Assembly (NCBI GenBank): GCA_044344255.1
Contig: JBIJDH010000017.1
Span: 96,001-160,000 of the forward strand
Direction: 5' to 3'
Source: Myxococcota bacterium
Lineage (GTDB): Bacteria > Myxococcota_A > UBA796 > UBA2385
Length of the DNA stretch: 64,000 bases
The translations under genes and the position numbers were made by a program. How positions within the stretch are numbered: the stretch's first letter is position 1; each line of letters begins with the position of its first letter. Shown piece by piece: positions 36,578-44,404 of this stretch. Below the pieces are notes generated by a model that saw only the letters and a program-made list of their open reading frames with translations, searched no databases and was not told where the DNA came from.

Positions 36578-37948
36578 TCAGTCCTTGACGACGTCCTGTT
36601 GCAGGGCGGGCTCGCGCGCGCCCGGCGCCACCACCAAGGCGGTCATCACCGCGCCCGAGGCCTCCGCGGAGAGCAGCACCGCTTCGGCGCTGGGCTTGCC
36701 GTCGGCGAACGAGACGAGACCGTCGTCGGTCACGAAGAGCAGGTCGAGCGCGCCGTCGCGATCGAGATCGGCGAAGGCCACCCCGCGCGCGCCGCGGGTG
36801 GGGAAACGCACCACGTCGTCGTTGTGAAAGCCGTGGCCAAAGCCGTAGTACAGCAGCGACTCTCCCTCCGGCCGGCCATCGGCGCCGACCGCCGCTGCGA
36901 AGGCGAGGTCCAGGTGGCCGTCCTGATCGAGGTCGCCGGCGGCCACCGCCACGGCACCGAGGGTCGGCAGGTCCCAGACCTCCTCGTCGGTGAGCCCGGC
37001 GGCGCCGCCCCAGTACACGCGCGCCTGACAGGTCGTGCCAGCGCACCCGTTGGTGACGACGAGGTCATCGAAGCCGTCGGCGTCGAGGTCGGCCATCCGT
37101 GCGGCCCGGACCTGGGCGGTCGCCAGCTCGGCGGTGACCGTCAACTCGCGATCCGCCCCGGCCCGCACGAGCGGGCTCACCGGCGTGGAGGAGCTGAAGT
37201 TACCGAAGAAGGCCTCAACGCTGCCATCCCCGTCGACGTCACCCGCGGCGGCCGCGGCGGCGGCGCGGGTCTCGACGATCGAGACGCGGGTCTCCGTGAA
37301 GCCCTCCGGGTTCGCCCAGAACACGACGGAGTCGGCCGACGAGCCGGAGCTGAGCCCATCGGGGCCCGCGTTGGCGAAGAGGAGGTCGAGGAGCCCGTCC
37401 CCGTCGAGGTCAGCCGCGGTGACCGCCGAGGCGCCGAGGGTGCCGAGGGGGACCCGCGCCGAGACCGGGTTGCCGTTGAAGGAGCCCGGGTAGAAGGCGG
37501 AGTCTACCTGCCGCTCGCCGTCGCTGCCCCCGGAGGCGAGGGCGAGGTCGAGGTACCCGTCGCCGTTCCAGTCGAAGATCTCCGCAGCCGCGCCGCCCAC
37601 AGAGGGCAGCGAGGACACCTCGAGCCCATCCTCGCTGCCCAAGAGGAGCAACGAGCCGCCGGAGGGATCCCCAGCGACCGAAGAGGCCGCCACGACGAGG
37701 TCCGGCCAGGCGTCGCAGCCAAGATCGACGCAGGCGTCCTGCCCATCGCAGTCGCGATCGACACCATCGCCCGGGATCTCGAGCTGGTGCGAGCCGGGGA
37801 AGGTGGCCGAGTCGTGGTCATCGCAGTCGATGGCCTCCGACCAGCCGTCACCGTCGGCGTCCACGAGCCCACCGGCGCAGCCCTGGGCTGAACAGAGCGC
37901 GATGATCGTGAAGAAGCGTGAGGTGCGGCGGAGGCGGGTCCAGGGCAT
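36578..37948 (-). CDS. FG-GAP/VCBS repeat protein with one MopE-type motif
   Basis: DCDDHDSATFPG; repeated ADLDGDG..DL; signal peptide with possible lipobox. Confidence 0.82.
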   Translation of the reverse strand: MPWTRLRRTSRFFTIIALCSAQGCAGGLVDADGDGWSEAIDCDDHDSATFPGSHQLEIPGDGVDRDCDGQDACVDLGCDAWPDLVVAASSVAGDPSGGSLLLLGSEDGLEVSSLPSVGGAAAEIFDWNGDGYLDLALASGGSDGERQVDSAFYPGSFNGNPVSARVPLGTLGASAVTAADLDGDGLLDLLFANAGPDGLSSGSSADSVVFWANPEGFTETRVSIVETRAAAAAAAGDVDGDGSVEAFFGNFSSSTPVSPLVRAGADRELTVTAELATAQVRAARMADLDADGFDDLVVTNGCAGTTCQARVYWGGAAGLTDEEVWDLPTLGAVAVAAGDLDQDGHLDLAFAAAVGADGRPEGESLLYYGFGHGFHNDDVVRFPTRGARGVAFADLDRDGALDLLFVTDDGLVSFADGKPSAEAVLLSAEASGAVMTALVVAPGAREPALQQDVVKD

Positions 37949-37970
37949 CGGGCCAGGATAACCGGCGCGG

Positions 37971-39089
37971 GTGCCGCCGCCGCGCCCCACTGCTGCCTCG
38001 CCCGCCGCCGCTACCCCCGTCGCTGCCCCGCCTCTCCTGCTCCGCGGAGCCGTGGCGGGATGCCTCGGGCTATTGGGCATGCTGCTGGCGCTGCTCCTCG
38101 CGGCGCGGATCGTGGTGGCCGCGTCCGCCCCCCTCGTCGTGCTGACCGCGGGCCTCCCTTGGCTGGGGCTGATGATCTGGGCGGCCTCCTTGTTGCTGCT
38201 GTTGGTCGGCCACCGCCACCGCGTCGCAGCGCTGCCCGCCCTCTTCATCGGCGCCCTCTGGGGCCTCGTCTGGGGTCGGGCCTGGTTCGCGCGACCCGAG
38301 TCCGGCGAGGGGCAGGCCATCACCGTCCTCAGCTGGAACGTCCAACGCCTGCAGTTCGAAGACGAGGATGACTCCCCGGCCCTCCGCTGCGTCTCCGAGG
38401 CCGTGCTCGCCGAAGACCCCGACGCCGTTGTCTTCCTCGAGGTGAGCCGCCGCGACGTGGACCGCCTCGCGGCGCGCCTCGGCCTCACCTGCGAGCACAC
38501 CGACTACCACGGCACCGGTGACACGGGCTTCGGCGGCCTCGCCGCCTGCGGGCGCGGCGACCGCTGGACCCTCCGAGAGCGGAGCGCGCGCCGCTACGTG
38601 CCGGAGATCGACTGGTACTACGTCTTCGCCGAGCTCGTGCAGGGAGACCAGGTCTTCAACCTCATCGCGGTCCACCTTCAGCCCTACCACTTGTCCATGG
38701 AGGCCACCCTCTCGGTAGACGACCGCGGCCGCCGCATCACCGGCGCCCAGCATCGAGAGACCGCCTCCCTCCTCGGCAGGGTCGAGGCCCTCAAGGACCC
38801 GACCATCGTCACCGGTGACTTCAACAGCGTCCGCGACGCGGCCCTCCACCAGCAGCTCCGCGGCCACCTCCAGGACACGTGGGAGCAGGCCGCTTGGGGT
38901 CCGGGATGGACCGCCCATGCGATGTCCGCGATCCCCCTGCGGATCGACTACACCTACGTCACCCCCACCGTAGCCGTAGCTGCGGCGCGGATCCCGGAGG
39001 TGAACTGTTCAGATCACCGTCCGGTGGTGTCGCGCCTCATCCTCCGCGGAGCGAGGCCCTCCGACGGACCGTCCACGCCGCCAAAGTGA
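37971..39089 (+). CDS. Membrane-anchored endonuclease/exonuclease/phosphatase family protein
   Basis: VLSWNV, VFLEV, IVTGDFN, LRIDY, SDHRPV. Confidence 0.87.
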   Translation: MPPPRPTAASPAAATPVAAPPLLLRGAVAGCLGLLGMLLALLLAARIVVAASAPLVVLTAGLPWLGLMIWAASLLLLLVGHRHRVAALPALFIGALWGLVWGRAWFARPESGEGQAITVLSWNVQRLQFEDEDDSPALRCVSEAVLAEDPDAVVFLEVSRRDVDRLAARLGLTCEHTDYHGTGDTGFGGLAACGRGDRWTLRERSARRYVPEIDWYYVFAELVQGDQVFNLIAVHLQPYHLSMEATLSVDDRGRRITGAQHRETASLLGRVEALKDPTIVTGDFNSVRDAALHQQLRGHLQDTWEQAAWGPGWTAHAMSAIPLRIDYTYVTPTVAVAAARIPEVNCSDHRPVVSRLILRGARPSDGPSTPPK

Positions 39090-39495
39090 AGCCGACCAAG
39101 GCCATCGACCATCTCGGCGGGCGCGGGACCACGCTGACACAGCCGTACTGCGGCGTCACGATATCGCAGAAGGCGAGGCCACCCGGGTTCGGGTCGTCTC
39201 CGAGCGCGAGCTCGTCTACGTCGAGGGTGCCGTCCGCGTCCGAGTCGACCTCGTCAGTGGTCATCTGATCGACGGCCGCCGCGAGGGAGGCGCTGTCCGA
39301 GCCGCCGCCCAGGCCGCGGGCCATCATCGCCTTGCCAAAGTCCATGGTGACCGTACCGCCACCGCCGGAATTCGTGGCGTGGCAGACCGTACACTGCGGA
39401 GTACAGGCGCCGCCCACGTTCGACTGGAGGGCGTCGGGGTAAGGGAAGGATGCCCAGGCGGCGGAGAGGAGCCCTGTGAGCAGGAGGGGGATCAT
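39037..39495 (-). CDS. Small secreted CxxCH (putative monoheme c) protein with a DxDxDG loop and MYXO-CTERM-like tail
   Basis: Signal peptide; CTVCH; DSDADGTLDVDEL; tail YGC...WSMALVGFTLAAWTVRRR. Confidence 0.72.
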   Translation of the reverse strand: MIPLLLTGLLSAAWASFPYPDALQSNVGGACTPQCTVCHATNSGGGGTVTMDFGKAMMARGLGGGSDSASLAAAVDQMTTDEVDSDADGTLDVDELALGDDPNPGGLAFCDIVTPQYGCVSVVPRPPRWSMALVGFTLAAWTVRRRASLRGG

Positions 39496-39504
39496 GGGGA
39501 CCGC

Positions 39505-40743
39505 CTACAGGTAGAAGTGGGCTTGGAGAAGGCCATACGGGGTCGCCTTCTCACCCTGGGTGCAGTACAGCATCCCCTGCGCGACATCGGCGCGCAGATC
39601 GACCCGCGGCGCGAAGAACCACTGCGCCCCGAGTCCGCCGGTCCACGCAGGCGCGGCGGAGGAGGAGAGGTCGCTGTCGCAATACTGGCCGATGCCCTGC
39701 ACATGCAGGCCCTGAAGCGGCTCGTAGTCGAGGATGCCCATACCGGTCAGCCCGTTGAGCTTGTCGCCGTCCTGATCGTCGATCATGAAGTCGGCCTCGG
39801 CCATGATGGCGAGGGGTTGCACCGGCGCAGCGCGGACGAACACGCCCTCCGAGATGAAGGTGCGCGGCGCCAACGTGTCGGTGTCGAGCTTGGACATGGT
39901 GAAGAGGCTCGACGCCCCCACCTCCAGCGTCTTGCTCACCGAGTAGGCCCCATAAGCCGAGTAGCCGCGCTTTCGGAAGTCGTCCGGGCTCACCTGGAAG
40001 TTGCCGGCGATGCCCATCACCTCCGCCCGCACCTTCCGGGTCTGGTAGACGAAGGAGGCGCCGACCTGCTGATCGTCATTGATGGTCGTGCCCGTGGCTG
40101 CCCGCGGGTACAGGATGTGATCCTCCGTTCGGATGCCAAAGGGGAGGTTCATCCGCCCAGCGCGCACCCCAATCGAGCGGGTGGGGTTGTAGCCGACCCA
40201 ATACTCCCGCGCGACGAGGTTCCAGCCGGCGTCGTTGCTCGTGATCCAGGCCTCCTCCGCGCCTTCGCTCACGCCGCCCAGGCTCCCCGAGGCGAGGAAC
40301 TTGCCGATTTGCACCGCCGCCCGCATGTCGGCCTGCATGACGATGAAGCGCAGGTTCCCAGGCTCGGGGATCAAGAGCGCCCGTACGTCTGGCTGAAGCT
40401 CTACCTTGTCTCCCAGGGGCAGCGCGCCGAAGAGGAAGGAGCTCACCTTCTCGGGGCTCGGGTTCGGCTCACCGTACTGCATGCGGAGCAGGATCTCGCC
40501 CTGCGCGCGCCCGTAATCCGTGAGGATGCCGGAGCCAGAGGGGTCGATGTGGCACTGGGCGCAGGCGGTGTAACCGTGGTGAATCATCCACGGGTAGGCC
40601 TCGGCCGGCCGGGGCGCCCCCAGCCCGACCAGCACCACCGCGGCCGTGAGGAGCGCGGAGGCCGTGTTCAGGCTGGACGAAGCGGCAGCGCTCAGGCGGG
40701 ACGGGGCGCCAGGAGTAGCGCGGGGCGTACGTTCAGGGGGCAT
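39505..40743 (-). CDS. Putative outer-membrane beta-barrel with an N-terminal CxxCH motif
   Basis: Signal ending AEA-YPWMIHHGYTACAQCHIDPSGSG; RAGRMNLPFGIR; alternating beta-strand pattern; C-terminal QAHFYL. Confidence 0.75.
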   Translation of the reverse strand: MPPERTPRATPGAPSRLSAAASSSLNTASALLTAAVVLVGLGAPRPAEAYPWMIHHGYTACAQCHIDPSGSGILTDYGRAQGEILLRMQYGEPNPSPEKVSSFLFGALPLGDKVELQPDVRALLIPEPGNLRFIVMQADMRAAVQIGKFLASGSLGGVSEGAEEAWITSNDAGWNLVAREYWVGYNPTRSIGVRAGRMNLPFGIRTEDHILYPRAATGTTINDDQQVGASFVYQTRKVRAEVMGIAGNFQVSPDDFRKRGYSAYGAYSVSKTLEVGASSLFTMSKLDTDTLAPRTFISEGVFVRAAPVQPLAIMAEADFMIDDQDGDKLNGLTGMGILDYEPLQGLHVQGIGQYCDSDLSSSAAPAWTGGLGAQWFFAPRVDLRADVAQGMLYCTQGEKATPYGLLQAHFYL

Positions 40744-41311
40744 CGACCACATCCATGCTGACCTCAGCGCGCATCTTGGGGTCCACGGTGACCCCGAGGT
40801 AGGAGGGGATCACAAGGTTGGATTTCGCACAATCGAAGTTGAACTTTCCGGTGATCTTGAAGCCGGTCTTCGACTTCTCGATGACGTAGTCAACCTTCAC
40901 GGCCTGCGGGACGCCGTGAATGTTGAAGTCGGCGTCCGCCTTGCCCTTCGTCTTCGCCCCGACCTCGGTGGGCCAGGTGAGGTTGGCGCGCTGCGCGGTC
41001 AGGACCGCGTTGGGGAACTGAGCAACCTGGACGTACTCATTATTCATGTGATCGTCGCGGAGGTCGATCCCCGTCTTCACGGTGGTCATCGGAACGGAGA
41101 ACACCAGCTTGGTGCCGTCGTCTGCCACCGAGACAGTGCTCGTGACCCCCTCGATGTCGAGGAAACCAGGGCTACCGGTGGCGAAGAAGCTGACCTTCGG
41201 CTTTCCTTCCACCTTCAACGCCGCATCTGCAACCGAGGAGGTCACGGCCAGCGACAGCAAAGAGAGGGACAGCAGCGTGGTGGCCAGGGCGGAGCGGGGA
41301 TTGAGCGACAT
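40733..41311 (-). CDS. YceI family lipid/isoprenoid-quinone binding protein
   Basis: Signal peptide; KTGIDLRDDHM, FNIHGVP; GGAGG ribosome-binding site. Confidence 0.85.
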   Translation of the reverse strand: MSLNPRSALATTLLSLSLLSLAVTSSVADAALKVEGKPKVSFFATGSPGFLDIEGVTSTVSVADDGTKLVFSVPMTTVKTGIDLRDDHMNNEYVQVAQFPNAVLTAQRANLTWPTEVGAKTKGKADADFNIHGVPQAVKVDYVIEKSKTGFKITGKFNFDCAKSNLVIPSYLGVTVDPKMRAEVSMDVVDAP

Positions 41312-41430
41312 CAGCACCTCCGAGGGCCCGGCGGCGGATGCCGTCTGGTGCCCGCTTGCATAACGCCTCGACCCGGGCGCCGCTTCACCGGTGCGGGGTC
41401 CCGACCCGGGCCGACGGGGCGGGCCCGCCA

Positions 41431-41490
41431 CCAAATAAAAATCCTTAAACCTATATGATTCTCCGTTTATTATATGGGCCTTAGGCATTC
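41431..41490. promoter_or_regulatory. AT-rich patch in the divergent promoter region, possible IHF or activator site
   Basis: AAATAAAAATCCTTAAACCTATATGATTCTCCGTTTATTATAT is the most AT-rich stretch I saw in the window; about 140-190 bp upstream of the sigma54 site. Confidence 0.45.
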
Positions 41491-41616
41491 GCACCCGCCC
41501 TGGCGCCCCCCGGCGGGCCGGCACCCTAACGGACGGCGCAGCCCTCACGTTGGGGCATTTCGAACCCGGCGATTGGTTCTTCTCGCACAGCCCCCACGCG
41601 TCTTGCCGCTGCCACC

Positions 41617-41633
41617 TTGGCACGAGCCTTGCA
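41617..41633 (+). promoter_or_regulatory. Sigma54 (-24/-12) promoter for the sqr operon
   Basis: TTGGCACGAGCCTTGCA matches TGGCACG-N4-TTGCW with GG-N10-GC spacing, 47 bp before the sqr ATG. Confidence 0.85.
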
Positions 41634-41680
41634 TTCGTTGCGGTCTCCGAAGTGCCTGCCTTGACCGACGGAGCTCACCC

Positions 41681-42910
41681 ATGAAGAACCTCTTGATCCT
41701 CGGCGCCGGGACGGCCGGGACGATGATGGCGGCCCGCCTGCGCCGCGTCCTCGCCCCGCGCGACTGGGCCATCACGCTGGTGGACCGAGACGATCTCCAC
41801 GTCTACCAGCCCGGGCTGCTCTTCCTCCCCTTCGGCACCTCCAAGGAGGAGGACATCGTCCGCCCGCGGAGCCGGGTCCTGCCGGAGGGGGTCGAGCTCT
41901 GCCTGGGGGAGCTCGACCGCATCCTCCCCGACGCGCGGCGGGTGCACCTCCAAGACGGTCGGGCCCTGACCTACGATCTGCTGATCATCGCCACGGGCGT
42001 CGAGATCGATCCCTCGGCCACCGAGGGCCTCGACGGGGAGGGCTGGCGGAGCCGGATGTGCGACTTCTACACCCTCGAGGGCGCCCGGGCCCTCGCGCGC
42101 TCCCTCGCCGCCTTCAAGGGGGGCCGACTCGTCGTCAACGTCGCCGAGATGCCGATCAAGTGCCCGGTGGCGCCGCTCGAGTTCCTCTTCCTCGCCGACG
42201 CCTACTTCACCGAGCGCGGCCTCCGCGGCGCGGTGGAGATCGTCTACGCCACCCCGCTCGAGGGGGCCTTCACCAAGCCCCGGGCCAGCGCGGCGCTCGG
42301 GGGGATGCTCCAGGCCCGCAACATCCTCGTCGAGGCGGAGTGGAGCGCCTCCTCCGCCGACGGCTCCGCGGGCGTCCTCCGCAGCCATGACGGCCGCGCC
42401 CTCGACTTCGACCTGCTCGTCTCCGTGCCGGTCCACCGCGGGGCCGCCGCGATCACCCGCTCGGGCCTCGGCGACCCCATGGGCTTCGTGCCCACCGACA
42501 AGCACACGCTGCAGACCCTCGCCCACCCCGACATCTTCGCGCTCGGTGACTGCACGAACCTGCCATCCTCGAAGGCGGGCGCGGTGGCGCACTTCCAGAG
42601 CGAGGTGCTGGTCGAGAACGTGGTGCGCTACCTCGCCGGGCAGGACCTCCTCCCCGCCTTTGATGGGCACGCCAACTGCTTCATCGAGACTGGCTTCGGA
42701 AAGGCGATGCTGATTGACTTCAACTACCAGACCGAGCCCCTGCCCGGCCGTTTCCCGCTCCCGGGCGTCGGCCCTTTTACCCTCCTCGAAGAGTCTCACA
42801 TCAACCACTGGGGCAAGCTCGCCTTTCGGTGGGTCTACTGGAACCTCCTCCTCCGCGGCGAGGAGCTGCCCCTGGATCACCGGATGCTGATGGCCGGGAA
42901 GTGGAGCTGA
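41681..42910 (+). CDS. sqr: Sulfide:quinone oxidoreductase (type III-like)
   Basis: ILGAGTAG, YQPGLLF, PIKCPVAPLEF, FALGDCTNLPSSKAG, FDGHANCFIETG, HWGKLAF. Confidence 0.88.
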   Translation: MKNLLILGAGTAGTMMAARLRRVLAPRDWAITLVDRDDLHVYQPGLLFLPFGTSKEEDIVRPRSRVLPEGVELCLGELDRILPDARRVHLQDGRALTYDLLIIATGVEIDPSATEGLDGEGWRSRMCDFYTLEGARALARSLAAFKGGRLVVNVAEMPIKCPVAPLEFLFLADAYFTERGLRGAVEIVYATPLEGAFTKPRASAALGGMLQARNILVEAEWSASSADGSAGVLRSHDGRALDFDLLVSVPVHRGAAAITRSGLGDPMGFVPTDKHTLQTLAHPDIFALGDCTNLPSSKAGAVAHFQSEVLVENVVRYLAGQDLLPAFDGHANCFIETGFGKAMLIDFNYQTEPLPGRFPLPGVGPFTLLEESHINHWGKLAFRWVYWNLLLRGEELPLDHRMLMAGKWS

Positions 42911-42911
42911 G

Positions 42912-43889
42912 ATGCCTGATCTCTCGTTGTCTGATCCTTCCTTGCACGAGAAGCTCGACCAGATCTCGCGCGACCTCGCCTACCTGGCGGAGCGCCAGCG
43001 GCGGGTCGAAGAATTCATCACCGAGATGCAGCCGATCGCCCGGGAGGTGATGGGGGTGGCCACCACCCGCCTCGCCGACCTCGAGACCCGGGGGTACTTC
43101 CGCTTCGGCGACGCGGCGCTCTCGGTGGCAGACCGGGTCGTCGCCCAGACCGACGCCGCGGCCCTCGACGCCCTCGTAGACAACGTAGGCGTGCTGCTCG
43201 AGACCGTGCGCGCGCTCACCGATCCCGCCCTCCTCCGCATCGCCGTCGAGGCGGGAGACGTGGTGCATCGGCGCGATGAGCTCGAGCCCCTCGGCGTCAT
43301 CGGCATGGTGCGCGCCGCAGGGGACCCGGAGGTCCAGCGCGGCCTCGCGGTGCTGATGGAGCTCACCCGGCACCTCGGCCGCGCCGCCGACACCCTCCAC
43401 GGGCGGAGGGCACCGGCCGCGCCGCGCGCCGTCGCCTCCGCGAGCGGCGCGCCCGTGGTCAGCAAGCCCGCACGGAGCGTCCCCGATGCCCCGGCGGCCG
43501 GCAAGGCCAGCACCCCGGGGACCGCGAGCTCCGGCCGCTACGCCCGCGCCAAGGCGACCGCGCCGGCCGCCGGCGGGGGAGGCGCCGAGACCGAGGTGGG
43601 AGGCGTCCGCTGGGCCGCCGACGGCTCCCTCGCCGATCCCGCCCAGTGGACACCGGAGATCGCGGAGGCCATCGCCGCCGCCTCCGGCGTCTCGCTCACC
43701 GAGGAGCACCAGCGTCTGATCCGCTTCGCGCGGGAAGAGTGGACCCGGACCGGCCAGTCCCCCAACATTCGACGGATGACCACCGGCGCCCAGATCACGA
43801 CGAAGGAGATCTACACGCTCTTCCCGAAGGCCCCTGGCCGCACGATCTCTCGCATCGCCGGCATCCCCAAGCCCGCCGGCTGCATTTGA
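42912..43889 (+). CDS. DUF1641-like domain fused to a TusE/DsrC-family sulfur carrier
   Basis: N part ends GMVRAAGDPEVQRGLAVL; Ala/Pro linker; C part QWTPEIA...LTEEH...LFPKAPG..ISRIAGIPKPAGCI*. Confidence 0.82.
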   Translation: MPDLSLSDPSLHEKLDQISRDLAYLAERQRRVEEFITEMQPIAREVMGVATTRLADLETRGYFRFGDAALSVADRVVAQTDAAALDALVDNVGVLLETVRALTDPALLRIAVEAGDVVHRRDELEPLGVIGMVRAAGDPEVQRGLAVLMELTRHLGRAADTLHGRRAPAAPRAVASASGAPVVSKPARSVPDAPAAGKASTPGTASSGRYARAKATAPAAGGGGAETEVGGVRWAADGSLADPAQWTPEIAEAIAAASGVSLTEEHQRLIRFAREEWTRTGQSPNIRRMTTGAQITTKEIYTLFPKAPGRTISRIAGIPKPAGCI

Positions 43890-43907
43890 ACCTGAACGGA
43901 GAAGCCT

Positions 43908-44375
43908 ATGTCTGAGTCCAACCGGCGTGTCGCCATCATCTGCTCCCACGGCGGCCTCGACGAGGCCTACCCCGCCCTCATCCTCGCCAACGCGGCCCGC
44001 CAGTCGGGCATCGACGCCTTCGTCTTCTTCACCTTCTGGGGCCTCGACGTGATCACCACCAGCAAGGTGGACAACCTCCACGTCAACATGGCGGGCAACC
44101 CCGCGATCCCGCTGCCGACGGTCCTCACCGGGCTGCCCGGCATGGAGAGCTTCGCCGCCACGATGATGAAGAAGAAGATGGAGGAGCTTGACCTCCCCAC
44201 CGCCCGCGAGATGCTCCGCACCCTTGACGAGGCCGGCGCGGAGCTCTACGCCTGCGAGCTGGCGATGAAGATGTTCGGCCGCACCAAGGCCGACCTCCTG
44301 CCCGAGGTGCGCGACATCATCACCGCCGGCGACTTCTACGATCTCGCCGAGGGCGCCCAGATCATCTTCACCTGA
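43908..44375 (+). CDS. DsrE/DsrF/DrsH-like sulfur-trafficking protein
   Basis: AYPALILANAA, VFFTFWGLD, LYACELAMKMF. Confidence 0.85.
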   Translation: MSESNRRVAIICSHGGLDEAYPALILANAARQSGIDAFVFFTFWGLDVITTSKVDNLHVNMAGNPAIPLPTVLTGLPGMESFAATMMKKKMEELDLPTAREMLRTLDEAGAELYACELAMKMFGRTKADLLPEVRDIITAGDFYDLAEGAQIIFT

Positions 44376-44404
44376 TCATCTTCCCCTGAGCGCCATCCCC
44401 GGCC

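Noticed and set aside
43590..43889. DsrC as a marker of dissimilatory sulfate reduction or reverse Dsr
   Set aside because: Only one C-terminal Cys is present and there is no dsrAB in the window; it fits the TusE-like subgroup.
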